Below the pieces are notes generated by a model that did not search any database, was not told the DNA's origin, and saw only the letters and a list, made by a program, of their open reading frames with translations. The position numbers and the translations under genes are program-made. Shown one piece after another: positions 52,259 through 62,862 of a stretch of DNA of 64,000 nt. Location of the stretch: the NCBI GenBank assembly GCA_963745035.1, contig CAVUVW010000025.1, forward strand, positions 131,646-195,645, given 5' to 3'. This DNA is from an uncultured delta proteobacterium (GTDB lineage Bacteria; Desulfobacterota; Binatia; UBA9968). Numbering within the stretch: the stretch's first letter is position 1; every line of letters begins with the position of its first letter.

Positions 52259-53410
52259 ATGAAAATTCTCGTTCTGGCCAAGCGCCAGTACATGGGCAAA
52301 GACCTCCTGGATGACTGCTTCGGACGATTCTGGGAGTTGCCGCTGGAATTGGCCCGCCGCGGTCATGAGCTTCAGGGAATCGCTCTGAGCTATCGAGCGA
52401 GAGCGGAAGGCAAGTTCACTCCCCGGACGGATGTCAAACCGGGAAGCCTCGACTGGCATGGAGTCAATCTTTTACGGGGACCCTGGCCGAGCCCGCGCAA
52501 TTATCTTCGTTTGGCGGCGAAGATCGCGCGACGTTTCGGCCGGATATCATATGGGCTTGCTCCGATGCCTTTCATGCAATCTTCGGCCATCGGTTGGCAA
52601 AACGCTCCGGGATAAAATTGGTCGTCGATCTCTACGATAATTTCGAAAGCTACCCCGCGACGAAGATTCCCGGGGTGCGATTTCTGTTTAAACGCGCATT
52701 GAAAGCTGCCCACGGCATTACTTTCGTGAGTTCGCAGCTGGAACACTACATGCGGGGTAACTATCGAAGTCGCTGCGCCGGCTTTGGTCTTGGAAAATGC
52801 GATTCGAGCGGATCTTTTTCATCCCATGAAACGTCAAGCATGTCGTAGGCGATTGCGGTTGCCTCAGACGCAAAAATCATCGGCACGGCAGGCGCATTGT
52901 TTCCCAGCCGAGGGATCGATACGCTCTATCGCGCATTTCAGACCTCGCCGCCGGAATCCCAAATTTCATCTTGCGCTCGCGGGACCAAGGCGGATCGTCA
53001 GCGGGATCCCGCAGGGCGAATGCATGCACGATTTCGGCGTCCTGTCGGTAGACCAGGTATCGTTTTTTTTCAACGCCCTCGATGTGGCAGTAGTCTGTAA
53101 TCGCGATTCGTCGTTTGGCCGCTACAATTTTCCGCAAAAAGCGCGAGAGCTCATTGCCTGCCATACCGCGCTGGTTGCTGCTGACGTTGGCGCCATGAAA
53201 GACATCTTGCGCGACCATCGCCAATGTTTATTTATACCCGATGATCCGGACAGCCTGGCAGCCGCCATTCGCATGACAATTGGCGCAGCCGACGAAATCG
53301 ATGCCAAGGTTCCTGCTTGGTCGGATTTGGCCGCGCAGCTTGAAGCATTCTTCCAAACATCCAGCACAACCCCGCATGAGCCAGTGGGCCATCAAAAGTT
53401 CTCTTTCTAG
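52259..53410 (+). CDS. GT4 glycosyltransferase; several frameshifts
   Basis: MKILVLAKR.YM.KD; FPQK..E..AC...V.ADVG. Confidence 0.72.
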
Positions 53411-54599
53411 CTTCGAGCTACCCCGCGTCGAAGAAGACACAGCTTCGGTATTCTTACGCTATCTGGCCGAACACTTGGCCGACTGCGCGTTGACGTGCAT
53501 GTGGCCGCCCCAGCGGCTGGGAAGGCGAGACCGTGTGAGGGCAAAGTCACGGTCCATCGGTTTCAATATTTTCCCGCAACGCTGCAGGGCTTGGCTTACG
53601 GTTCAGGAATGCTGCCGAATCTCAAGCGCGCGCGAGGGCTCTGGCTGCAAGTGCCATTCTATTTAATAGCGATGACGTACTCGCTTCTGCGTCTGCTAAC
53701 CACGCAACGCTTCGACATGATCCACGCTCACTGGATCCTGCCTCAAGGCATGGTCGGACTGCGCGGCGGCCGGACTTTTTAGTGTGCCGCTTATTGTCAG
53801 CGTCCACGGCACGGACGCTTTCGCACTGCGCGGACGATTTGCCCAGACTCTAAAAGATCTAACCCTCAGCCGCAGCATTGCTTGGACGGCGAATACAGCG
53901 AGCACGGCCGCAGCGGTCACGCGCGACTCTCGCCGGCCTCAAGCGCGCATCATTCCGATGGGGGTCGATATCGCGCTCTTCTCGAGCGGCGATCCCGCCG
54001 CGCTACGCCGCGAGCTTTCCGAAGGCGAGAATCTTGTGCTGTATGTCGGCAGACTGATCGAGAACAAAGGCTGCGACGACTTGCTACAGGCGGTCGCTCT
54101 TTTACCTGCCAAAACCCGAGCCCGTACCACGCTCTGTATCGTCGGCGACGGCGAGCAGAGGGAACAACTGGAGCGCGCCGCCCAGGCTCTAAGCGTTGGC
54201 AAAAAAGTGCGATTCTTCGGCACTGTGAACCAGCAGCGCCTGCCGGAGTTCTATGCGGCCGCTGATTTGGTGCCATACCGTCCAAGGTCGGTTCTCCGGT
54301 GAAACAGAGGGCAAGCAGTGGTCGTTTTGGAGGCGTTCGCCGCTCGTGCTTGCGTAGTAGCAACTGCGATCGGCGGCATCCCCTCAATGGTGCGAGATCA
54401 TGTTACGGGAGTGCTCGTCGAACCCGCCAATCCGAGAGCGCTGCCAGCGCCATCGAAACAGCTACTAGAGCTGCCCGCCCTTCGCCAACAGCTTGCGAAA
54501 ATCGCTTTTGCTGATGTGTAGCGAACAATATGGCTGGCCCAACGTGGCGCGCCGCATTTGCAAAGCTTTATCGGAGAAATAGCTCAGCGCCGCCACTAA
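53376..54599 (+). CDS. GT4 glycosyltransferase; several frameshifts
   Basis: SSYP, HAHWILPQG, VHGTD, VGRLIENKG, EAFAA...GGIP. Confidence 0.72.
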
Positions 54600-55510
54600 A
54601 GGAGATTTCCTCTAGGACTGCCTATCCGTCGTCGTGCCTGCGACCACTTTGTTGCCGTTCCATGCGCAGCAGCGCGATCTGTTCGGAAATCAACCCGAGC
54701 ATGAACATAATCACCGCGGCCGTGAACATAAGCGCCGACATATTGGTGAAGCGATGCTCCGTGTAATAAGGTATAGGCGTAATTGGCCATACCCGCGAGA
54801 AAAAACATGATGCTCACCGGCAGGAACACTCGGAAGGGTGAAAACAACGTGGCGATCTTGGCGATGATCAGAAAAAACCGCACCCCATCGGTCACCAGGG
54901 TGATTTTACTTTGTCCGGAACGGTAGAGCGTTTGAATCGGGACGTATTTGACCGTAAGTCCCGAGCGCAGGAACGCGAGCGTGAGCGTGGTCGGGTAGGA
55001 GAATGTATTGGGTAACAAATCGATGAATCGCAGCGCATCGCGCCTCGACAGGACACGAAAGCCGGAGGTGAGATCCGACACTTTGAATTTCGTTACGTAG
55101 GAAGCGAACAGGTTATAAACCGAGTTGGCGACGTTGCGATGGAACCGCAGCTTCGAGCCTTTGGCGCGCGACCCGACTACCATATGATACTTGCCGGCTT
55201 TTGCCAACAGTTGCGGAATATCCTCGGGTTTGTGTTGACCGTCGCCATCCATCAGGACGATCAATCGGCCTTGCGCTGCTCTAATTCCGCTCTTCACCGC
55301 CGCCCCGTTGCCGATATTGTACGGATGCCGAACCACGTTGGCGCCGGCGGCCAGCGCAACCTCAGCGCTGCCGTCGGTCGAGCCGTCATCGATCACGATA
55401 ATTTCCGCCCGCGGCAGCTCGAGCGCTTCGATCCGGCCGAGCAGCGCCTTCAGGTTTTCAGCTTCGTTGTAGACCGGAATGACGATCGAGGTCTCAATGC
55501 GACTAGTCAT
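54596..55510 (-). CDS. GT2 polyprenol-phosphate glycosyltransferase; 3' frameshift
   Basis: IPVYNE, DDGSTD, DGDGQH, DLTSGFR. Confidence 0.88.
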   Translation of the reverse strand: MTSRIETSIVIPVYNEAENLKALLGRIEALELPRAEIIVIDDGSTDGSAEVALAAGANVVRHPYNIGNGAAVKSGIRAAQGRLIVLMDGDGQHKPEDIPQLLAKAGKYHMVVGSRAKGSKLRFHRNVANSVYNLFASYVTKFKVSDLTSGFRVLSRRDALRFIDLLPNTFSYPTTLTLAFLRSGLTVKYVPIQTLYRSGQSKITLVTDGVRFFLIIAKIATLFSPFRVFLPVSIMFFLAGMANYAYTLLHGASLHQYVGAYVHGRGDYVHARVDFRTDRAAAHGTATKWSQARRRIGSPRGNLL

Positions 55511-57281
55511 GGAGTTGATAGACGGCATGACCGCGGTCGCGAAATTTGACTTCGAGCGCGCTCTGAACGAATTGGTTCCACATCGCCACTTGGGCCGTGG
55601 TCAACGTGTGCAACAAATATCGGACCAGAAGATCCTCGCGAGCCAAGAGGTGGGTGATTTGCCTGCGGCGGAGCGCCCGCGCAATTTCCTCGGGGCTTTT
55701 CGCGCCGCGGATCGCGGCAACAAGGTACTCGGGCAGCTCGCCGCCATCATGAAAGTATTCCCGGTCGCAATAATACGCTCTCCGGCCGATAAAGAGAAGA
55801 TAAATTTTCGCGGCAGAGCCGGTGCGCTGATTGATGTACTGCAATGACGTGTACTCAGACAGCTTGCGGGACAGATAGGCCGCTTGGCTTTCCGCCCCGG
55901 TTAGATACCCTAGCGGGCTTGCATCCTGGACATAGCGCCAAAGATACCCGCCGTGCCAAGCGGCAAAAAAAACCAGACCGGCAAAGATCAAGACCGGCCG
56001 CCGGATCCGGAGGTACATGTTGAACACGCCGTAGACCGCCAGGATGACCAGCGGGGGAACAATTGGAAGAACATAGCGAATCCGCATATCGACGAGAAAT
56101 AAGGCGTAGAGCAGGAACAGCACCGCAAAGGCGGCGAGAAATTTCTTGTCGTCCAGCCATTTTCCTTTAAAAGCCCACGGCAACAGGATCGCCAGTATCG
56201 GCGTCAGCACGCCGTCGAAGAATTGAGGATTGTCATCCCGACCAGAGAAGAAGATGCGCAGGGGCAATCCGACGATCTGCCATACGTTTTCGCCGTAGAG
56301 GAGCTCTCGTCTGGCGAAAATACCAAGCCCGCCTCCACCGCCTCCTCCGTGCTCCGGCGATGACGCGAATAGGCTGCCGAGCAGGGGAAAAAAGGGGTTG
56401 CCGGTATAAAGCCAGTTCTTGATCAGCCAGGGCAAAAACGGCAGCAGCATCAGAGCGCCGAACCAAAACGTCTCGCGGCCAATCCGGCCTAGGCTCTTTC
56501 TTGGCGGCGCGACAATAACGAGCAAAAAAAGAAAACCAACCAGGAGTGCCACGACCAGGCCGTTCGGTTTCGTGGCAAGGGCAAACCCCAGCGACAACGC
56601 GGCAACACTTAGCCAGCGAAGGTCGCCTCTTTCTTCGCGCCAGAGCAGCAAGGCGAGCAGCGCCGCGGTCGTGTAAAACGTGATGCCGAGATCGATATAG
56701 CCCCAATGGCTCAAGCGCGCGATCGCTGGAGTCGAAACGAAAAGAAAAAAACCCAGGAGCCCATAGACCGCATTCATGCGGCGCCCGAGATAGGCGAAGA
56801 GCAATAAACCGGTCAAGTAGCCGTACAAGGCGTGGATCAGCTTCGGCACAAAGTCATAGCCCCAGTACACCCAGGGCGTATAGAGCATATCGAGCAGCAT
56901 GGGATAGTAGGCATAAGGAGCAATCGGCACTTCAATGATCCGTCCGGCCTTGGCGTAGAGCTTCGGAATAGCCAGGTGGTGCGTGAGCTCGTCGCGGCTG
57001 ATCGGCGGCAGGAAGCCGAGCACGACTTCGGTGACTAGATAAATGAGGATTGCGAACCAAAGGATGCGGCCCAACCGGTTTGTCTGCGCCGGGAGCGCGA
57101 AAAAACTTACCAGAAGGAAAACCGCGCTCGCCAGGAGCACGGCGGCAACGCTAAAATTCAGCACTGCATTGTGAACGTATCCGGCCAGCCCGAACAGAAA
57201 GTAAATCGTCGCGGCAAATCCCAAAAGACAGCCCACCCAACCCGTGCGATACAAGAGCGGGGTAAACCGGTCTTCCATCAT
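55503..57281 (-). CDS. GT-C (ArnT/PMT-like) membrane glycosyltransferase
   Basis: Multi-TM; D...HHL.IPK, YID, A.ATK.NG, PW.IKN...TGNPFFP. Confidence 0.8.
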   Translation of the reverse strand: MMEDRFTPLLYRTGWVGCLLGFAATIYFLFGLAGYVHNAVLNFSVAAVLLASAVFLLVSFFALPAQTNRLGRILWFAILIYLVTEVVLGFLPPISRDELTHHLAIPKLYAKAGRIIEVPIAPYAYYPMLLDMLYTPWVYWGYDFVPKLIHALYGYLTGLLLFAYLGRRMNAVYGLLGFFLFVSTPAIARLSHWGYIDLGITFYTTAALLALLLWREERGDLRWLSVAALSLGFALATKPNGLVVALLVGFLFLLVIVAPPRKSLGRIGRETFWFGALMLLPFLPWLIKNWLYTGNPFFPLLGSLFASSPEHGGGGGGGLGIFARRELLYGENVWQIVGLPLRIFFSGRDDNPQFFDGVLTPILAILLPWAFKGKWLDDKKFLAAFAVLFLLYALFLVDMRIRYVLPIVPPLVILAVYGVFNMYLRIRRPVLIFAGLVFFAAWHGGYLWRYVQDASPLGYLTGAESQAAYLSRKLSEYTSLQYINQRTGSAAKIYLLFIGRRAYYCDREYFHDGGELPEYLVAAIRGAKSPEEIARALRRRQITHLLAREDLLVRYLLHTLTTAQVAMWNQFVQSALEVKFRDRGHAVYQLHD

Positions 57282-57482
57282 GCTTTACGGAGGAACACGG
57301 GATGAATGGCGCTACAGGTAGAGGCTACCGCAAGTTCGATGGCCTCACGAGAGCGCAAGCACCAAAGAGATGAAGACTCTGAGATCAACGTGAGACTTTC
57401 CAGTTAGAGCGCGCGTAATCGGGCTCTAACTGCGATTTACGGGCAAGATTCGCGAGTAAGACATGGACGAGTCTGGAACCGG

Positions 57483-57731
57483 TCAGTCCGGCTTTTCGAC
57501 CACGGCGACTGCCGCGCCGAACTTGACGAAGTCACCCTCCGCGCGCATGACCTCCTGAAGCTCGCCCTCGTCAGGCGACTCGATCTCCACGTTCACTTTA
57601 TCGGTTTCCACCTCGAGCAGCGCCTCGCCCTTCTGCACTTGGGCGCCCTCGGCCTTTAGCCAGCGGAGAATGCGCACCTCGTCGCTTTCATCGCTGGATC
57701 CCAGCCTGGGAATGATCACGGTTTTTTTCAT
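57483..57731 (-). CDS. Stand-alone lipoyl-carrier domain protein
   Basis: P.LG...E..I..WL..EG...EVETDKV..EIESP..G. Confidence 0.85.
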   Translation of the reverse strand: MKKTVIIPRLGSSDESDEVRILRWLKAEGAQVQKGEALLEVETDKVNVEIESPDEGELQEVMRAEGDFVKFGAAVAVVEKPD

Positions 57732-57738
57732 GAATGCG

Positions 57739-58338
57739 TCAGAGCGATTGCGCTTCGAAACTATCCGCAAGCGACTTGAGCTTCAGGGTTTGGCGCATGT
57801 TCTCCATAAACGCGTTGACGTTTTTGTACTTCGCGGGGATTTCGTACTTGATCGTCGTGTAGAGATAGTGGAGCTGGGAAAAGATCGCCATGTCGGCGAT
57901 GGTCATGCGGTCGAAAATGAATTTCTTGCCGGAATAGATTTGGTCGAGCGTGTTGAAATGGGCATCCCACTGCTCCTCTGCCTTCTTGCGCGCTTCCGGA
58001 GTATCGGCGCGACGCATGGCATGGTTGGCGTGAATTAACACTTCGTCCGACCAATCTTCCAATGCCAAGCAAAGACCCTTGTTGGCCGCGCCCTCGGGAT
58101 AGATACTGTTGCTCGGGTGATCTTTCTCCAGACGGGCCGAAATGATCGTCGAGTCGATCACGCATTCGCCGTTGTAGTTCATTGTCGGCACTTTTCGCTG
58201 GTTGGTATACTCGAGCAGCGATTTGCGTTCGTCTTTGCGCACGTCGACGATTTCGTAGGGAACTTTTTTCAGCGCAAAGACGATCCGCACCTTCTCGCAA
58301 AACATCGAGGTTTGGGATTGAAAGAGTTTCACGGCCAT
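57739..58338 (-). CDS. Glutathione S-transferase family protein
   Basis: SMFCEKVR, KVP, DST, TIADMA. Confidence 0.85.
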   Translation of the reverse strand: MAVKLFQSQTSMFCEKVRIVFALKKVPYEIVDVRKDERKSLLEYTNQRKVPTMNYNGECVIDSTIISARLEKDHPSNSIYPEGAANKGLCLALEDWSDEVLIHANHAMRRADTPEARKKAEEQWDAHFNTLDQIYSGKKFIFDRMTIADMAIFSQLHYLYTTIKYEIPAKYKNVNAFMENMRQTLKLKSLADSFEAQSL

Positions 58339-58520
58339 GGATTAGCCCCTCCTATGAGATCGCAAGCTCCTGACATCTGTTACCAATGCAACAAATTCGC
58401 TCATTTCTCAACCCTATTCACGCGTTGAAGAGTTGACCTTGTCGCCGTTGGCAAGTATTGTTTTTTGCGACCGTAATGGCCGCCACGTAAAATCCGTCTG
58501 CGCGGGAGGAAAGGACATAG

Positions 58521-58730
58521 ATGGCGAAATATCTACAATGCAGCGAGTGCGGCAAGCTGGCGTTTTACTACGACGACTTTGTCGGCACGGAGAAGCCGTT
58601 TTACCGCCGTTTTATGCGCTATCCGGAAGGCGAAGCGAAATACGAGCCGCCGCGCTGCTTTACCTGCGGCGGCGTGCCGCGCCTGATCCACGAAAATATC
58701 AAGGAAGAAAAAGCGACCGCCAAGCACTGA
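58521..58730 (+). CDS. Small putative zinc-ribbon protein
   Basis: CSEC...CFTC; AAGGA RBS. Confidence 0.65.
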   Translation: MAKYLQCSECGKLAFYYDDFVGTEKPFYRRFMRYPEGEAKYEPPRCFTCGGVPRLIHENIKEEKATAKH

Positions 58731-58750
58731 TCCACGGCAAAGGGGCGCCG

Positions 58751-58784
58751 AAAAAACAAAAGGCGGGTGAATCACCCGCCTTTT
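58751..58784. terminator. Bidirectional intrinsic terminator
   Basis: aaaaggcgggtga-a-tcacccgcctttt. Confidence 0.75.
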
Positions 58785-58790
58785 CTAAAA

Positions 58791-58807
58791 TGGTGGAGGC
58801 AGTGGGA
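58791..58807 (-). mobile_element. Displaced tmRNA/tRNA 3'-end fragment (putative att site)
   Basis: Minus strand TCCCACTGCCTCCACCA followed by a terminator; no intact RNA gene upstream. Confidence 0.55.
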
Positions 58808-59179
58808 CAGTGTAAAGAACCGCTTTTAGAGGTGTCTTTTTCGTTGGTCTGAAGCGGCGGGGCAACCGTACTCTGGGTGTAACTAAACGTGATGATTGAT
58901 GTTTATCGTTGCGAAATGCCGCATGCCCCCAAAGTTTCCCATAATGTGTATTGGCTTTAGTTGGACAACTTCAGACTATGCTGGACATGGGAACGCGTAC
59001 CGCGAATCAAATCAATCGTCGGGCGACTGCACAGAAACGGCAAAGTGTAATCAGCAGCGCCTGCTGCATCAATAGAAACATCATTCCCCTGTATCGTTTC
59101 AAGGCGGGCTCTGAGCTCCTGCTCGGGAACCTTGTGACAGTTCTGAGAGGCGCGGCCGCGACCTGACGATGGAGCGCCG

Positions 59180-59405
59180 GTCGCCCCTGATCGACGCTTT
59201 GAAGAAGGCGAAAGCCGCCGGCAAGTTACGACAAACAGCTCGACGCCGCGCGCAACTTGCAGCGCAAGGCGCAGTTCTATTTCGACTTCGTCGAAGCGAA
59301 GAACTCCACCGGCTTTCACGCGCCCCCAGGAAGCCGCGCGCATTCTCGGCGAGTCGATCGATGCGTCACGCAAAGGCCAACTCGCCGTGGGGAACGCCAA
59401 ATAAA
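59180..59405 (+). pseudogene. nrfA: C-terminal remnant of cytochrome c nitrite reductase
   Basis: Stitched [35 protein letters not shown].SRKGQ. Confidence 0.72.
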
Positions 59406-59749
59406 AAGGGTTAAAGGTCAGGCTCTGGCAGTCCGGTACCGCCGATCGGATCTAGTCGATTCGAGATCGGCAGTTCGCACTGAAGGTCGATGGGATTGAC
59501 AGACGGGAATTGCTTGCGGGCTCAGGAGGGAGATTCAGATGGAGGGGTGATTGCGGGTTCTGTTCTTTTCTGGTCCGCCCAGACGACGCAACAGTATCAA
59601 AGTTCGTGTCTGCAGCCATCGAGCAGGGAAAACGCACAGATCGGTTTGCATGGATAAGCCGGAGTTCCGGTCGCACCCGGCAATTCTTCGCGTACGCGAC
59701 TCACGCGCCCAGCCGACGCCGCGACGGGTACGGACTCTCCGGGGCTTCC

Positions 59750-61813
59750 TTAAATCTCTGCGAAGAGGACGATCACCGACCGGGGTTCCGCCCGTACGGC
59801 GGATGAAGATACCGGTAGAGCAGCTTCCCAATGAACGATGTCCTGCGGCGCGTCGAGCGCAGTGTTGATCCAGCGTCGCCATGCGTTTTCTCGACGGTCG
59901 ACCTGCGGCAGCTCGAACTCGAGAGCTTCCCAGTAGGCGTTCACGATCAGGTGAATCCTTAATCTCTCGTCGCGCATTTCCACGGTGAGCGCGATACTGT
60001 GCGAAGATGTGGCCCACTCGGGCTGGCCAACTTTGACTCCATGCCATGTCAAGTTGGCCCCGCGAAGAAGCCGGTTGAGGCTTATGCGCTGGCGTTCGAT
60101 CATCGTACTCCGCAAACGGCGCCGCGCGTTGAGCAGCGTAACGAACCGGTGGACATCTGTATGCTTCTCAACCAGTCGCCAATCGAACCAGCTGAGTTCA
60201 TTATCCTGGCAGTAGGCATTGTTGTTTCCGTACTGCGTCCGCCGCACCTCATCGCCCATGAGAATCATCGGGATCCCCGCAGATAGCATCGTGACGGTTA
60301 AAAAGTTTTTTACTTGGCGTTTTCTGATTTTTTCGACCGCGCGATCATCGCTCGGACCTTCGATGCCGCAATTCCAGCTTCGGTTATCGTCTGTGCCGTC
60401 GCGGTTGTTCTCCCCGTTCCCATCGTTGTGTTTGTGGGTGTAGGAGACGAGGTCGTTCAGGGTAAATCCGTCGTGGCATGTGACGTAGTTGACGCTCTGC
60501 TCGACCTCGCGTTCCTCATGGGCGTAAATCGCCGGGCTGCCCAGCAAGCGGTCAGCAAAGTATCCTACGAAGCCCTCATCGCCACGTAAGAAACTCCGTA
60601 CGTCGTCTCGGAATCGTCCGTTCCACTCTTTCCAACTGTCGCCCAGAAAGCTGCCGACCTGGTAGAGCCCCGCCGCGTCCCAGGCTTCGGCGATGAGCTT
60701 GGTACCGGCGAATGCCGGATCCGATTCGATGTCCCACAACACGGGCGGGTTTCTTATCGGTTGGCCCGCATCGTCGCGCTGGAGGATCGCAGCGAGATCG
60801 AAGCGGAATCCATCCACGTGCATCTGTTCGACCCAGTAGCGGAGGCTGTCGATGATCATCCGGCGAACGATCGGATGGTTGGCGTTGAGCGTGTTTCCCG
60901 TGCCGCTGTAGTCGGCGTAACGGGAGCGATCCCGTTCAAGAATATAATACGTGCTGTTATCGAGGCCGCGGAAACTCAGCGTTGGCCCGCCATGGTCGCC
61001 TTCCGCTGTATGGTTGAAGACCACGTCGAGAATGACCTCGATGCCGGCGCGATGCAGTGCCTTGACCATGTCGCGGAACTCGTCCAGCGGGCCGAGCGGG
61101 TTCGGTCGCGAGCTGTAGGCCTGGTGCGGCGCAAAGAACGAGACCGGCGCGTAACCCCAGTAATTGACCAGCCCGGGCGGAGCATCCTGGGCATCGAACT
61201 GAAACACGGGCATCAGTTCGACGGCCGTCACGCCGAGCTCACGCAGATATGGAATTTTCTCGATTAGACCTGCATACGTGCCTCGCTTCTCTTCGGCGAC
61301 ACCGGAACTGGGATGACGCGTAAAACCGCGCACGTGCATCTCGTAAATGATCGTCCGGGAGGACGGCCGGTGTAGCGGCGCGTCGCCTTCCCAATCGTAC
61401 GCAGCCGGATCCGCCACCACGCTTTTCATGGCCGTTGCGGTATTGTCGCCTTTCTGTCGCGCAGCCTCGCGGCTGTAATTTTGCGGCACAACGGCAGCGA
61501 GCCCGTAAGGATCGAGAAGAAGCTTTGGCGCGATCGAACCGCATTCCGTTCGCGGGATCGAACGGCCCTGAACTCGATACCCGTAGATCTGCCCAGCCTT
61601 CACGCCCGGCACAAACACGTGCCAATAGTGATAGGTGCGGTTCGTCGCCGGATCGATGCGAATGACACGCGCGGGGCGAGCATCATCGACGCGATCAAAA
61701 AACAGCAGATCGATTCCGGTCGCGTGCTTCGAGTAGACGCTGAAGTTTACTCCTTCACGAGAAACGGTCGCGCCTAACGGAGAACTCCGGGCTTTTGTGT
61801 TTTCTTCCAGCAT
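59750..61813 (-). CDS. glgX: Glycogen debranching enzyme (GH13)
   Basis: PLGAT, IYEMHVRGFT, NYWGY, DVVFNH, DGFRFD, AEAWD, HDGFTL. Confidence 0.93.
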   Translation of the reverse strand: MLEENTKARSSPLGATVSREGVNFSVYSKHATGIDLLFFDRVDDARPARVIRIDPATNRTYHYWHVFVPGVKAGQIYGYRVQGRSIPRTECGSIAPKLLLDPYGLAAVVPQNYSREAARQKGDNTATAMKSVVADPAAYDWEGDAPLHRPSSRTIIYEMHVRGFTRHPSSGVAEEKRGTYAGLIEKIPYLRELGVTAVELMPVFQFDAQDAPPGLVNYWGYAPVSFFAPHQAYSSRPNPLGPLDEFRDMVKALHRAGIEVILDVVFNHTAEGDHGGPTLSFRGLDNSTYYILERDRSRYADYSGTGNTLNANHPIVRRMIIDSLRYWVEQMHVDGFRFDLAAILQRDDAGQPIRNPPVLWDIESDPAFAGTKLIAEAWDAAGLYQVGSFLGDSWKEWNGRFRDDVRSFLRGDEGFVGYFADRLLGSPAIYAHEEREVEQSVNYVTCHDGFTLNDLVSYTHKHNDGNGENNRDGTDDNRSWNCGIEGPSDDRAVEKIRKRQVKNFLTVTMLSAGIPMILMGDEVRRTQYGNNNAYCQDNELSWFDWRLVEKHTDVHRFVTLLNARRRLRSTMIERQRISLNRLLRGANLTWHGVKVGQPEWATSSHSIALTVEMRDERLRIHLIVNAYWEALEFELPQVDRRENAWRRWINTALDAPQDIVHWEAALPVSSSAVRAEPRSVIVLFAEI

Positions 61814-61959
61814 CGATGTAATGCGTGATCGAATGTCCTCCGCGCTGGGTTTCTCGTGCGCTTCGAGGGATACGTCAACTTCACCTGCCTGATGCGATGC
61901 AAATCACTTTCGGTACGGCTTGGGCGAACTGAACCTCCCGCGGCAATTAGTACTTTTGC

Positions 61960-62862
61960 TCAGGTGTTCGAGGCGTCGTAGATACTTTGAACGGAGCGAT
62001 CGAGCTCCGCGTCGAACTCGGCATCCGATTGCCGCGCCGAAAGTCCTTCGACCAGAGCGCGGGAAAAGCTCGCCACGATTCCATGATTCCGCCGCAGCTT
62101 TTCGTTGGCTTGTTCCCGCGTGTAACCGCCCGACAGAGCAACGACCCTCAAGACATTGGGGTGTTTAATGCAATCTGCGTAAAAGTCGTCCTGATCCGGC
62201 AGCGTGATCTTAAGCATGACCCACGCACCGGCCGGGAGTTCGTTGAGGTTCTTAACCATCTCCGCGTGTAATAATTCTTCCGCCTTGCCTTTCAGCGGGC
62301 AATGAATATCCACTTCCGGCTCGATGATCGGCACGAGGCCGGCGTCGATGATCTCGCGCGCGACTTCGAACTGCTGGCTCACTATGTCCTTGATACCGAA
62401 TCCGTTGCATTGTTTGATGACCGATCGCATCTTGGTTCCAAAGATGCGTTTCGCTTTGGCCTTGTCGAGCAGCGCGGCAAGACCTGTCATCGGCTTCATC
62501 AGCTGAACGCCGTCTTTCTCCGCTGCCAGTCCTTTGTCTATCTTGAGGAAGGGCACAACGCGTTTGACCTTCCAGAGATAATCCGCCGTGGGCTGCCCTT
62601 CGATGTCTCTATCCATCGTGTTCTCGAAAAGAATCGCGCCAATAATCCGCTCCCCAGTAAAGGCCGGGCTGCTGATGATGCGCATCCGCATCTGATGGAC
62701 CAGCGCAAACATCTCTTCTTCGTTGGACCACGCATTCTCTTTGAGCCCGTAAGCTTTCAGCGCGCCTGGCGTGCTGCCTCCGCTTTGATCCAGAGCGGCG
62801 ATGAAGCCCGGCTGTGTCTTTACTTTTTGAAGTTGTGATTCATTCAACTCGCGATAGTTCAT
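61960..62862 (-). CDS. fda: Class I fructose-bisphosphate aldolase
   Basis: [41 protein letters not shown]. Confidence 0.93.
   Translation of the reverse strand: MNYRELNESQLQKVKTQPGFIAALDQSGGSTPGALKAYGLKENAWSNEEEMFALVHQMRMRIISSPAFTGERIIGAILFENTMDRDIEGQPTADYLWKVKRVVPFLKIDKGLAAEKDGVQLMKPMTGLAALLDKAKAKRIFGTKMRSVIKQCNGFGIKDIVSQQFEVAREIIDAGLVPIIEPEVDIHCPLKGKAEELLHAEMVKNLNELPAGAWVMLKITLPDQDDFYADCIKHPNVLRVVALSGGYTREQANEKLRRNHGIVASFSRALVEGLSARQSDAEFDAELDRSVQSIYDASNT

Noticed and set aside
57401-57432. Inverted repeat cagttagagc-N12-gctctaactg
   Set aside because: Single instance with no U-tract; no function can be supported.
58730-58900. Intact tRNA or tmRNA gene
   Set aside because: Only about 17 nt of 3' end; no cloverleaf or matching 5' acceptor strand.
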